A DNA stretch of 64,000 nt, taken from Octopus sinensis (lineage: Eukaryota). The DNA lies in the NCBI RefSeq assembly GCF_006345805.1, contig NC_043005.1, forward strand, positions 1,984,001 through 2,048,000, given 5' to 3'. The notes beneath the pieces were generated by a model that saw only the letters and a program-made list of their open reading frames with translations, was not told where the DNA came from and did not search any database. Shown here one piece after another: positions 39,750 to 56,781 of the stretch. Position 1 is the first letter of the stretch, and every line of letters begins with the position of its first letter. Both the position numbers and the translations under genes were made by a program.

Positions 39750-41040
39750 CGAGGGGCGTTCAATAAGTAATGCCCCTGATCTACTTAAAGTTGTTCGATC
39801 TAGCTGAAATTTTGCATGTGCAATTACTTATATATCTATAGATTAATTGGAAAATTACAGCTCTAAACTAATTGTGGTTTCTGATTTACAGGTGTTTGAA
39901 CTGAGTCAAGTGTGAAATGGAGTCTGTTGAATGTCGAGCAGTGATCCGGTTTTTGTATTTGAAAGGACGCACACCACGGGAGACTTTTGAGGAAATGAAA
40001 GTAAGTTATTGGGATAATGCCCCATCATATGACCTTGTAAAACACTGGCATCGTGAATTCAAACATGGTTGGAACTCTGTGGAAACAGCTCCCAGATCTG
40101 GTCGCCCCCTTCTGCCATTGATGAGACATCTGTCCGCCAAGTTGAGGCTGCCATTTTGGAAGATCGACGCATAACTATTCGCCAAATAGCCCATGAGGTC
40201 AAGATTAGTACCGGGTCCGTGGAAACTATCATTCATGACCATTTGCATATGCAAAAGGTGTCTGCCAGATGGATTCCCAGGTTGCTCACGCCTTTCCAGA
40301 AGCAAGAACGCGTCGAGTGCTCGAGGATGAATTTGGAGATGTGCCAAGAAGATGAGTCATAATTTTTCAAAAGACTAATTACACAGGATGAAACCTGGGT
40401 CCATCACTATGATCCAGAGACCAAAGCCCAGTCAATGCAGTGGAAGCACCGTGACTCCCCTCCTCCAAAGAAGGCAAGGGTGCAGCCCTCCGCTGGCAAG
40501 GTCATGCTCACAGTCTTCTGGGACCAGGACGGAGTAGTGATGACAGATTTCCTGGCAAATGGTGCCACAATTACAGGAGCCTATTATGCTTCACTTTTGA
40601 GGAAATTAAGAGAAGCTATCAAAATCAAGAGGCGGGGCAAGATCAGCAAAGGCATCCTCCTCCTGCAGGACAACGCTCTGGTCCACAACTCGCATGTCGC
40701 CAGATCAGAAGCACAGGCGTGCGGCTATGAACTCCTCCCCCATCCCCCTACTCTTCTGACCTTGCACCTTCTGATTTTCACCTCTTCCCAGCCATGAAGT
40801 TGTTTTTGAAAGGAAAGCGTTTCCCAGATGATGCAGCCTTGATTTCTGAAGTCACGTCGTGGCTGGAGGACCAAGCTGGTGTCTTCTACAGAAACGGTCT
40901 TCAGAGCTGCATCAACCGATGGGAGAAATGCGTAACTCTTAGTGGTTCCTATGTAGAAAAAGACTAATAACTGTGCCAAGTTTCGTTGCTCTACTGCTAT
41001 GGGAAGTGGGTCAGGGGCATTACTTATTGAACGCCCCTCG
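39750..41040 (+). mobile_element. mariner (DD34D-type) DNA transposon, 1291 bp
   Basis: Perfect 30-bp TIRs (39750-39779, 41011-41040) and TA target duplication. Confidence 0.97.
39917..40967 (+). pseudogene. mariner transposase, disrupted
   Basis: HTH N-terminus, WIPRLL, TQDETW, QDNA, HPPYS.DLAPSDF after a frameshift; frameshifts near 40105 and 40748, stop at 40360. Confidence 0.93.
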
Positions 41041-42809
41041 TATAAACACTGAAACAGTAAAACACGAAGACAAGCGTAACATTCCCAACAAACACGATAT
41101 AAATAAAAAACAACAAACCCAGACCGTAAGGATGCATAATAATACACGACAAACAGCAAGCCAAAACACGGCAAACAAACATATAAATAAGAAAGAAAGC
41201 GACACAAATCTAAAACCTAGAGACAACAAAGGGGAGCCTAATGATTATGATAATATAAAAAGTAAAATAATCAAAGAACTGAAAACCACAGAGCTCAAAA
41301 TGGACCACCGACCATATCTCCCAAAAATCAAAATAGACGAAACAACAACACCAATTATAAACAGCATAAACCTAGCCGTCACTGAACTAATAGCCACTGA
41401 AACAAAAAGCGATATCACTAAGCTAAATGACTTAGTAGACGCAGCAGCCACTGCAGCCACAAAAGAAGGTGGAGACTCACTCAAACCCATCCAAACAGGA
41501 GTACCACCACCCAAACAAACCTTGTGGATAAATAACATCCAAAACAAAATACAAAAAATGAGAAAAGATCTGTCGATTCTTAATGAAATCAGTAGCCAAT
41601 CAACGCTACTGAGCAACAAAAAGAAAACAAAAATACTCCGCAAATATAACATCACAGAAAAAGATTTACCTGAGATAAAAGAAAAGCTGAAGCAAGATAT
41701 CCTTGCCAAAGCACAAAGGATCCGCCGGTACGAGTAACGCCAGCGCTTCTTTGAACAAAACAAAAAGTTCAACTCCAACCCCCAAAAGTTCTACCAAGAA
41801 CTTGGCAAAAATAAAATAGAAGTCACTGCAGCACCAACGGCAGAAGAAGTGGAAGAATTCTGGAGAGAAATATGGTCGGCGAACGAACAACCAAAAAAAG
41901 AACTATCAAAACAACAAACTCAGCATCTGAGCAACTTTGGACCCCCATAACAACTGAAGAGGTCACCCAGGCACTGCAAAGACTAAGCGACTGGATGGCA
42001 CCTGGGCATGACAAGATCCCCAACTTCTGGTTGAAATATCTAACAGGAATGCACAAAAAGCTGGCTGAAAACTTTAACAGCATACTAGCAGAGCCAGAGA
42101 CAATGCCTGAATGGCTCACGAAGGGGAAAACCATCTTAATTCCCAAATCAAATGAGACAGCAAAACCAGAAAACTACAGACCAATAACATGTCACCCTAC
42201 AATATACAAGGCATTTACTGCAGTGATAACGCAAAGGTTGAACAAGCACCTGGACGAAAACAACCTGTTTCCAGAAGAGCAGAAAGGATGCCGCAAAGGC
42301 TCATATGGCTGTAAAGATCAACTAATGATTAATAAAGCCATAACTGAAGACAGACACAACACACACAAATGAAAGAGAAAATAAAAAAAGAATATTATAG
42401 ACGAGTTAGATCAATACTAAAAACAGAGCTCAATGCTAAAAACAAGATAATAGGTATTAACACTTTAGCTGTCCCAGTTATAAGTTACAGCTAAAATATC
42501 CTTAACTGGACACTAAATGAACTGACCAAAATAGATAGGAAAACAAGAAAAATAATGACTGGATCTAGGATGCATCACCCAAAATCTGACATAGAAAGAC
42601 TATATATACAACGTGTAGAAGGTGGTAGAGGCCTTATACAACTGGAAAACTGCTATAAAATAACCACCATAGGACTGCAAAAATATCTATTTCAGAAGGA
42701 AGGAAAACTGATACAAATAGCGGCAAAACACGAGCAAAACAAAAAACTGTTCTCAGTATTTAAGGAAGCTGACAAATACAAGCAAGAAATCATACCACCT
42801 AATAAATAT

Positions 42810-42953
42810 GAAGAAGAAGAAGAAGAAGAAGAAGAAGAAGAAGAAGAAGAAGAAGAAGAAGAAGAAGAAGAAGAAGAAGAAGAAGAAGAAGAAGAAGAAG
42901 AAGAAGAAGAAGAAGAAGAAGAAGAAGAAGAAGAAGAAGAAGAAGAAGAAGAA
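42810..42953 (+). repeat. (GAA)48 pure trinucleotide tract, in frame (poly-Glu)
   Basis: Direct count, 144 nt; the paralog has (GAA)3 at ~6742-6750. Confidence 0.97.
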
Positions 42954-43892
42954 GATGAAGAAACAACAAAAGCTATAAAACAAATGAAATCCAAACTAAA
43001 AATAGAACAGCAACGAGCCATGATAAAACGATGGCAAGAAAAGCCCCTTCATGGTAAATACTGCACTAAACTAAACGCAAAAGAAATAGACAAAGAAAAA
43101 TCCCAGCAATGGTTGAGAAGCTCAGGACTCAAAGCAGAAACAGAGGGATTTTTAATTGCAGCACAAGACCAAAGCCTCCCCACCAGAAATTACCAAAAAC
43201 ATGTAATGAAAAGAAATATAACAAGTAACTGCAGAATATGTAGAGATGGACAAGAAACAATAAATCATATTATCTCTGGCTGCCCAGTCCTGGCTAAGAA
43301 GGAATATTTTCACAGACATGACAGAGTTGGAACCTACATACATTGGAAGCTATGCCAACATTATGGAATAACAACAGAAAAAAGATGGTATAGACGCACA
43401 CCAGAAAAGGTCACAGAAATCGAGAAATCAACCATACTCTGGGATATGCCGATACACACAGATAGAGAAATTAAGGCCAACAGACCAGATATAGTTGTCA
43501 GAGATCATGAAGAAAAAATTGCTTTCTAATTGATGTATCAATACCGGCAGATGACGTGTCTCTAAAAGAAATGGAGAAACTTTCAAAATACAAAGACCTG
43601 GAAATAGAGGTAACCAGAATGTGGAATCTAAAAACAGAAACAATTCCTATCATAGTAGGTGCATTAGGCATGATAAAAAAATATTCAGACAAATACATAA
43701 CAAAAACACCAGGACTTACAAACACATATAACATACAGAAAATTGCACTACTAGGCACTGCACACATCCTACGCAGAGCACTTTCCATACAATAACCATC
43801 AGAGCATCACAACAAGTCACAGCACATACCTAAGGCACACAGAGCTGCGCTCGGTAGTGAAGTGAAAGCACGATATAAAAATAAAACTACTG

Positions 43893-43958
43893 AATGATAA
43901 TAATAATAATAATAATAATAATATAATAATAATAATAATAATAGTAATAATAATAATA

Positions 43959-44003
<45 letters not shown>

Positions 44004-44057
44004 TAATAATAATAATAATGTGTTTGTAGAAAATGATAATAATAATAATAATAATAA
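43893..44057. repeat. (TAA)n microsatellite
   Basis: Direct read. Confidence 0.96.
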
Positions 44058-45811
44058 TCATCCATAGCCATCTTTTTTCTCTGTCTGTCTCATCTTCAAC
44101 ATCCCTATGAAATTGTCCATGCGTTCTTTTCTCTATCCACCTTTTTTCAGTTTCTTCCATTCTGAAGTCCTTGTACAGTGCTTTATCTTTGCAACCTTCC
44201 ATCCTACACAAGCCTAGCCTTTTTATTTCCAAGAATAACGGTTCTGCGGCATATTTTTACATACCATGCTATGGTCTCTTCTTCTACTCTAATGCTGTGT
44301 TCGCATGCAATCAGTCCTCTTCCCCCTCTTTTTCTTGGTAAATACAGTCTGTCTTTTCACTTTTTGGGTGGAGTATCATCCCATATCTAGTCAATAACTT
44401 CCTTGTGTTTCTGTCGAAGCTGTTTAGTTCGTCTACTGTTCATACGATTATCTAAGGAATGACACCGCTTCAGTCTTATTCGGTCCATTTAATTTCGACT
44501 TTAGGATCAATCTCAGTCTGCGCAAGTACTCCGCCTTAATTTTTCTGTCATTTCTTTCCCCATCCATTTATCCATTTCCAGTATCCCCAGGTACTTATAG
44601 CCCGTCCCTTCTATCTGCTTCATAACCTCCGCTGACGGTATCGCTAGCCCGTCCATACATTTGATTTTGCTTCTCTTCAAGACTAACACACCACACTTTC
44701 TCAGTCCGAACTCTATTCTGATATCAGCACTGAAGCTATACACCGTATCAACGAGGAAACTGACTTGATCTTCATCTTTACCATAAAGTTTGAGGTCATC
44801 CATGAATAACAAATGGTTGCCTTTTTGCTGGCGGCTTTGAATACATACCCAGCCTTTGCTTTCCTCAGAATCAATGTTAGTGGTATCAAGCACAGTACAA
44901 AGGTCAGTGGGGACAGGCAGTCCCCTTGGAAGATGCCCCTACTAATTTATATTGTCCCTAAATTTCTTCCGTATGCTGTCAGGTCCGTCCTACAATTCGC
45001 CATACTTTTTCCAAGCAATCGCTCAACATTCGATGCAATACCAAATAGATTCATACACTCTATAATCCATGAATGTGGGATCATATCGTACACCTTACAA
45101 TAATTGATCCATAACATGGCTAAGTTAATTCTCTTCCTCTTGCAGTTTCTAAGTACAGTTTTGTTTATCAGGAGTTGATCCTTGGTACCTCTGCACTTAC
45201 GCTTACAACCCTTCTGCTCATGTGGCACGACTCCACTTTTCCCCAGATGTCCGTACATTGACTCTGCGATTATTCCTATCAATAATTTCCACATAAGTGG
45301 CAAGCAGAATATCGGCCTGTAATTGTCTACCGTATTGCCTTTTCCGATGTTTTTCAGGCACAGCACAATCCTACCCATTATCAACCACTCTGGTGTTACT
45401 TGGTCGGTACTTAAGGTGTTGAGTTCTGCATCAATTTGTACATGATATTCACCAAATCTTTTGATCCAGTAGCCTTGAACTCCTTTTGGTCCTGGGGGCC
45501 TTCCAGTCGCCCATTTTTTACTGATTTCCTTTACTCCCCTAACTGAAATGACTAGTTCTGCCTGTTTTGGACAGACTAATGTTTGTTTCAGTTCTTGCAT
45601 CCATCTTGTGCTCCTCGACAGATGTCACTCCAAAACCTTTGACTTTCAATGTTATCTGGTATCAAATTTTAATCTATACACTCCCCATTTATTTCTTTGT
45701 AGAATCTACTCTGAATAACCTATTCTGATGGTATCCCTTCATTCCTTGGTGGTATCTTACCATCTTTGCTTTCTTTGCAACGAGGCACTGTTTCAGTTCC
45801 TCTATTACCAT
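44058..45811 (-). mobile_element. R4/Dong family D, inverted 5' segment (RT and thumb)
   Basis: Minus strand encodes KKAKMVRY, NYRPIFCLP, HEQKGC, QGDCLSP, LFMDDLKL and EKRWLWM. Confidence 0.9.
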
Positions 45812-46432
45812 AAAAAAGATGGATATGGATGACTAAAAGTGATTTAAAACCGGAAACAGAGACTCTAATCTGTGCTACCTAAGATCAAGCATTAAGGATC
45901 AATTACATCAAATACAGAATAGACAACACATCAGAAGGTGATTAGTGCAGAATTTGTCGTCAAAATGGTGAAACCATATGACATAATACCAGTCATTGTA
46001 CGCCACTAGCCCAGAAATAATATAAGATAGAGAATAGGAAGCCAAACTTAGTGTTAATTGAGAAAGAAAGCAAACGATGTTGGATCATAGATATAGCACG
46101 CCCAGCTGACAACAAAATATGCGATAGGGAAGAAAGAAAAATCGATAGATATGACAGGTTAGCTTGGGAGGTTAAGCAGTTGTGGTCGATGAAAAAGGTA
46201 GCAGTAGTACCAATAATTGTCGGAGCTCTGGGAACAGTGAACAAAAATCTCGAGTAGTATGTGGAAGAAATGGGGACTGCAATAAGGATGGGGCACTTGC
46301 AGAAAACAGCACTACTTGGAACCGCTCGAATACTCCGGAAGGTGCTCGAAAAATAAGAGGTGTTACCTTAGTTCACCGGTAGTGAACAGCTGACACTGTA
46401 GTACATCTCCAGCGTTAGAAGCTGTGCAACGG
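45812..46432 (+). mobile_element. R4/Dong family D, sense 3' segment (ZnK, RLE, 3' UTR)
   Basis: KRWIWMTKSDLKPETE, CRICRQNGETI, IIDIARPAD, RYDRL, VPIIVGALG; 3' UTR as in 1-319. Confidence 0.9.
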
Positions 46433-46730
<298 letters not shown>

Positions 46731-46737
46731 AGTTAAA

Positions 46738-50425
<3,688 letters not shown>

Positions 50426-50789
50426 TGGAGAAAGAATGAAAAGAGAAAATGAATACGATAAAAAGAATATAACAAAAAGAGAGAAATTGCGAGTAAAGCG
50501 AAAATTTAAAAAAAGGACGAGGAGAAAATAAGCGAATTTGTGTAGAAATGGAAATATAAAGGAAAAATCAAAGAAAAAGTAAGATAAAGAAAGAAAATAA
50601 AGAAAGACGTTAAAAGAAAGGAAGGAAATAGGTTTGAAGGGAAAAAATGAAGAATGAGAGAAGTTGGGCGATGAAAAAAGCTGATAAAAAATATTTACAA
50701 AACTTAAAAATAAAATAAAATTTCTTCGGAGATAAAAGAAATTGAGAAAGAATAAAACTTTTACAAATGTCGAGGTATGATTTCAGCTG

Positions 50790-50839
50790 ATAATACATAC
50801 ATACATACACACACACACACATACATATATAATGTCCAC

Positions 50840-50886
<47 letters not shown>

Positions 50887-51313
50887 TGTGTGTGTGTATC
50901 CGTGTGTCCTACATATATCTATTCTAGAATTTTTAGTAAAAAATAAGTTTGCATGTGAATATGCAAACTGTTGCTTTAACTGTATATGCACACAAATATA
51001 TACACACACATATATACACACACACGTGTGTGTGTGTGTGTACCAGTGTGTGGGCGTGATGACTTCTTTTCAAACGTCTTTCACACATCATTAAGCATAA
51101 AAGTTTGTCTTTTAACTATCACGTTTTTTGCCGCTTAACAGTTTTGTTTCGGATCATTAACTCGTAAAAGTTTTACACACAACATCCCAATACATACATA
51201 CATACATACATACATACATACATACATACATAATACATACATACATACATACATACATACATAATACATACATACATACACGCATTCATGCATGTATACA
51301 CACATACACACAC

Positions 51314-51407
<94 letters not shown>

Positions 51408-51420
51408 CACACACACACAC

Positions 51421-51499
<79 letters not shown>

Positions 51500-51500
51500 T
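50790..51500. repeat. (CA/TG)n, (ACAT)n and (TA)n microsatellite complex
   Basis: Direct read, with short unique spacers. Confidence 0.9.
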
Positions 51501-51509
51501 CTTCAAGAT

Positions 51510-52342
51510 GGGTGAAAAGTAAGTAGGTATTAAAAATTGTGGTCATAAAATCCATATTCCTTTTACAAATGATACATGTTCTTTATTACATGGGAAAATG
51601 AAAGTATATCTTCATATTTCAACGTAAGCACCAGTGGCGCGAACGAGTTTCCTCAAACGCCCAGGGGTGGAAGGAACAACCTTCTGAAGGACGTCTGGGA
51701 TATCAGTGAGAACCTCCTGAATACGTGTCTCCAAGTCCTGCAGTGTACGAGGTTTTGTCTTATACACCTCTTTTGTGTAACCCCACAGGTAAAAATCACA
51801 TGGAGTGATATCTGGACTTCTTGGGATTCTGGACTTCTGGACGTCAACGGTGACAGTCCTCGGGTTTAATTGCTGCACGTAATAGGGTTTCCTCGGGCGA
51901 AAATTCAATTCTTTATGCAACACCATACGTATTGTGTGCCTTGTCAGTCCACTTTCGCGAGCTGCTTGCTGTGTTGTTTTTTGCGGGCTACAATTAAACA
52001 TTTCCTGCACTTTTGCCACGTTCTCCGCTGATCGGGGTGTGGTTGGACGGTCACTTCTTCTTGCATCGATCACAGGTGGGTGGATGCTTACCTTTCCATG
52101 CACGCCACGGTCTCTGAACCAAAACAATGGAACCAAAACACTTCATAGCGTGCTGCTATCTTAGCTTGCTCTTGAACAGTCAAGCGACTGACCATCTGGA
52201 AAACAAGAAATAAAACAATAAGACGATAAGAAAATATGAAAACGCCATTCGGGTTGTCTGTTTGAAAAAGGTTTTCTTCATGACTTCAGTGATACTAAAA
52301 TTTCTATAAGCAACTTCTAATGCTTCTAGTTACTTTCTACCC
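51510..52342 (-). mobile_element. internally deleted Tc1/mariner element (rosa/DD41D-like)
   Basis: RSDRPTT..., LNFRPRKPYYVQQL fused to RSPDITPCDFYLWGY...RLRKLVRATGAYVE; catalytic core absent. Imperfect termini GGGTGAAAAGTAA and TTACTTTCTACCC. Confidence 0.75.
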
Positions 52343-52684
52343 AGGCGTCGCTGTGTGGTAAGAAACTTGCTTACCAACCACATGGTTCCGGGTCCATTTC
52401 CACTGCGTAGTCCCTTGGACAAGTGTCTTCTACTATAGTCTCGAGCCGACCAAAGCCTTGTGAGTGGATTTGGTAGACGGAAACTGAAAGAAGCCCGTAT
52501 CATATATATATATATATGTTTGTGTCTCTGTGTTTGTACGCCCAGCATCGCTTGACAACCGATGCTGGTGTGTTTACGTCCCCGTAACTTAGCGGTTCGG
52601 CAAAAGAGACCGATAGTATAAATCCTGGGTTCAGTTTGCTCAACTAAAGGCGGTGCTCCACCTTGGCCGGAGACAACTGACTTA
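52343..52684 (+). mobile_element. SINE family 2
   Basis: Family head, core and degenerate tail. Confidence 0.87.
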
Positions 52685-52691
52685 AACTATA

Positions 52692-52734
<43 letters not shown>

Positions 52735-52737
<3 letters not shown>

Positions 52738-54300
52738 TTGCGGCCAAAATGTTCAGAACGGCATTGTTTTCGTCAGAAAAGTAAGTATAAGTTTTTATCA
52801 AAGTTGTTTTATATTCTATAATTTTCACAGACAATAAATACGATATGATTTGTCATTGTCTGAGATTTTGGTGTAATTTGAGAAGACAATACAAAAGCTA
52901 TGGATGATTTAGTGATTTACTGCAAAACCCATGGCGGCCAAAATGATCAGAACGGTTGCTTTTACTCCGTGTTTTAGTATATTTAACCGGCGAACACTAA
53001 TGTCTTGAATTTGTTTACGTGACGGTTCGTTTACTAAACATTAGTAAGAATATCTGCAGTGTACTTTGTTAATATAATGCCACTTACTCCGTTACCAATT
53101 CGTCTGCAGATTATTAAACTTCGAAAGAAGGATAATTTAAGTATTGGGTCTATTGCAAGGATTGTTAACAAGTCAAAAAGTGTTGTTCACGGTATTCTTA
53201 AGGTCTACAATGATTATGGTTCGTGTGAAGCAAGACAGTCTATAGGTAGGCCAAGAAAAACGACCAAGAGAGAAGATCGTGCTATGGTAAAGTTGGTTAA
53301 AAAGGACAGATTAAAACTGCTGCTGCTGTTTCTCTGGAAATGAGCATTGTACTGAAGAAAACTTTATCTCGAAAAACTGTGTCTCGTCGTTTAGTTGAAC
53401 ATGACCTACAAGCAAGAGCACCTGCAGTGAAGCCACTGATCAGCTCCAAGAATAAAAAGTGTTGTCTTACCTTTGCAACCGAACATGTGTTGTGGTCTCA
53501 AGAAAAATGGCAAACGTTGCATTTCAGTGATGAATATAAGTTTATGTTATTTGGCTCAGATGGGAAAAGGTACGTTCGTCGAAAAGTAGGTGAAAATTGT
53601 CGCCTAAATGCCTTAAGACTAGTGTTAAATTCGGTGGAAGAAGTGTCATGGTTTGGCGGATGATATCTGGAGATGGTGTGGGCCCTTTGGTGCGATTACA
53701 TGGAAAGGTAAATGCAGGAGTTTATAAACAACTTGTAAAAGATCAAGTCTTGCCTGTGCTGAAAAATTCAACCAAGCGACCACCCATATTCATGCAGGAC
53801 AATGCCCCATGTCACAAGGCTAAGGTGGTCATGAACTTCCTCAAGGCTGAAAAGGTTATTGTTATGGATTGGCCAGCTCAAAGCCAAGATCTCAATCCTA
53901 TTGAAAATGTGTGGAATATTCTAGGAGAACGTTCGAAAGCCAGAAATCCTAAAACAACCGAGCAATTATGGGATACCCTTCAGGAAGAATGGAATAAGAT
54001 CACCCAGCAAGAAATTGAAAATTTAATTTCCTCATGCAGTCGAAGATGTCAAAGTGTGATTGAAGCTAAACGGCTTCACACTAAATATTAAATAATTCCA
54101 GTATTCTTTGTCATTTTTGATTACTTTGTTATTTTATCAACCGTTCTGATTATTTTGGCCGCCATGGGTTTTGCAGTAAATTACTAAATCATCCATAACT
54201 TTTGTATTGTCCGCTTACATTACACCAAAATCTCAGACAATAACAATTAGTATTGCATTTATTGTGAAAATTATAGAATATAAAACAACTTTGATAAAAA
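52735..54300 (+). mobile_element. Tc1 (DD34E) element of IR/DR type, right end truncated
   Basis: ~225-bp left TIR with two direct repeats GCGGCCAAAATG.TCAGAACGG; right TIR 54135-54300 lacks the outer repeat; starts at TA in (TA)n. Confidence 0.93.
53077..54091 (+). pseudogene. Tc1 transposase with two frameshifts
   Basis: GRPRKTT, FSDE, QDNAPCH-(34 aa between D and E)-NPIEN; frameshifts near 53310 and 53600. Confidence 0.93.
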
Positions 54301-55142
54301 CGAACAGCTGGGACTTCAAAGGTTCGGCACTGATTTGTAAATGAGGCAAGCTAACCGTTCCATTGGAGCAGCGTATATCGGTAGATTCTGTTAGCCACCT
54401 CAATGCATTACAATGGATGCAAACTGTAGGCATGTTGCCAGTGATGATATGTGGGTGTGATGTGCAGTCCTCATGGGGGCTGTAATGAAAGGCCTTGTTA
54501 GACTAGCAACAACCCTCGAAGACATGAGAACGCATTTTACGCTGAGAATCAGCCCCAAGCCTTGTGGCTCTTTGTTCAACCGTCTCTAAAGCACGGCTAT
54601 TTGAGGCAGAGGCAGCATCGCGAGCACGCCGGAGTTCTGCTTGTTGAGTAGTCAGCCTGTGATGCTCTGGCGGTTGAAGTTAAAACAGCCTTGCACATAC
54701 ACCGAAATACACATTGTTCTTGCTTTCCCACAAGGAACGCAAAACGGAAGCGTTTTTTGTTTTCTTGCCAATGTGACCCTGGCTTTTTCGAGGCATCCTA
54801 TCGAGAATCTATTATTGAATGCAAACCGGAAAACTTCAAATGGGACAAAGGGTTCAGCAACGTGCGATGTTGACCGATAAAATAACAATACCTGTGAATG
54901 AAGAGTGCTTTTCTTAGAATGTAACCGAGGAATTTGATTTGTAAAATCTGTGAAAATGATAAGAATTTGCCAAAACAGCGTTCAGTAATGTTTACTGATA
55001 AAAAATAACTCGTAATTTGAAATGTTGATACTAATATTCCTTCTTCATGAAAAGGAATTAAAGAATAAATAATGGGCATGTACGTGTCAAATCGAGTCAC
55101 GCAAAAGTCGAAAATATCGCTCATTTTTTGTTTTATATAAGA
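54301..55142 (-). mobile_element. Helitron 5' relic (Zn-finger N-terminus)
   Basis: AFHYSP...GNMPTVCIHCNALRW...CSNGTVSLP....EPLK fits the Helitron N-terminal CxxC..W..CCxxG.V.LP pattern; tentative 5' end TCTTATATAAAA at 55142. Confidence 0.62.
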
Positions 55143-55853
55143 AACTGTTTGCCAAAGTTTGAGATATTTGTCACCCAAATTTCCACGTCAATTACCAAAC
55201 AATTTGTAGTTTTCTACTGTCAGTTGAATTTTGTTGAGAGAAAATATTCACAGAGTTGATTGATCGCCAATTAGTGCCATTTATTCGTTAAAGTTAATAT
55301 TTTATTTTATTTTTACTTATTCAAAATAATCGCCTTGACTTTTGCATCTTTTGTGTCAGTTTATTAAACACAGAATGAAGTGCCTGCATGCACGTGTTTG
55401 ATTACCGTTCATTCTAGAATGATATCGATCTTTACTGCCATCACATCATTTGTTCTTTCACGAAATTTAACTGATGCACCCACTGTGACGTCCTTTACCT
55501 ATGTTTACAATTTCAGCACAATCAATTGAAAATACGGCTGTTATAATCTTTTATACACACACAGGCAGAACGGGATTCATATAATAGATTATATTGCATA
55601 TCTCTTCAGACACCTGGAAGAAGAAGGCAGTGCGGTGCGATGAATGGTTCAGATCGCTGAAGCTCGTCATTCCAGACATAGAGAGAATACGTAATTTCAG
55701 CCAACTGAGAGAATATGAAAGAGCGCAATGAGAGGCGTCACTTCTCTGTAGCATGGGATAGCTTCAGCAGCAACAGATGCCATCGCTGCTTCTGCAGATC
55801 AAGAGCAGGATTTGTAACCCAGAAGACTGCTCGAAATGATTATTGAACAAAAT

Positions 55854-56229
55854 TCGGCCATGCTGGAGCACCCCCTTCAGTCGCACAAATCGACCCTAGG
55901 AATTATCTTTTGCAATTCTAGTACTTATTCTGTCGGTTTCTGTTGCCGAAATGCTAAGTTGTGGGGGATATAAGCACACCAACATCGGTTGTCAAGCCAC
56001 GGTATGAGGAGAGGACAAACACAGACACAAACATATACAAATATATATATATATATATATATATACGACCGGTTTCTTTCAGTTTCCGTCTACCAAATCC
56101 ACTCACAAGACGTTGGTTGGCTCGAGGCTATAGTAGAAGACACTTGCCCAAGGTGCCACGTAGAGGGACTGAACCCAGAACCATGTGGTTGGGAGGCAAG
56201 CTTCTTACCACATACCCAGTTCTGCACCC
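55854..56229 (-). mobile_element. SINE family 2
   Basis: Reverse complement of the family. Confidence 0.87.
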
Positions 56230-56551
56230 ATATATAGAAATAATTTAACATTAAACTGAAAAATTACTCAATACTTTTGGGTAGAGTACATATATATGGA
56301 ACTGTTACAAGTAGAGGGGTGACAGTGACTTCGAAGTTTCAGCCTAATAACATTCGTTAATCTAACGAAATGCTAACTGAGAGTTAGTGACATAACAGTT
56401 GATAGAGTCAATTATAAGCAACAAACGGTTGATGGTTTGAAAAACAATAATATAGTTGAATGTAGAAATTGTTACGTTGTAGAGAGAGTTGGTTGGTGAA
56501 GTAGCACCGCATTCAACGTATGTAGATTTGTGCACACGAAGCTGTGTCTAT

Positions 56552-56781
56552 TTCTTTACTACCCACAAGGGGCTAAACACAGAGAGGACAAACAAGGAGA
56601 GACAAACGGATTAAGTCGATTATATCGACCCCAGTGCGTAACTGGTACTTAATTTATCGACCCCGAAAGGATGAAAGGCAAAGCCGACCTCGGTGGAATT
56701 TGAACTCAGAACGTAGCGGCAGAAGAAATACGGCTACGCATTTCGCCTGGTGTGCTAACGTTTCTGCCAGCTCGCCGCCTT
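56552..56781 (-). mobile_element. SINE family 1, full length with 19-bp TSD
   Basis: CACACGAAGCTGT(G/A)TCTAT on both sides (56533-56551, 56785-56803). Confidence 0.92.

Larger units (their letters stand above)
39221..43892 (+). mobile_element. R4/Dong family A, near full-length, interrupted by a mariner; RT core deleted
   Basis: Myb-like KWTREEY...NKIANVRR, RT N-half (DKIPNFWLK, NYRPITC), ~0.59-kb deletion at ~42352 relative to 5700-6285, thumb, CCHC, RLE, same 3' UTR as other A copies. Confidence 0.93.

Noticed and set aside
40725-41778. Antisense ORFs over the mariner and Dong elements (also 2773-3240, 3556-3807 and similar)
   Set aside because: Shadow frames of the transposon ORFs.
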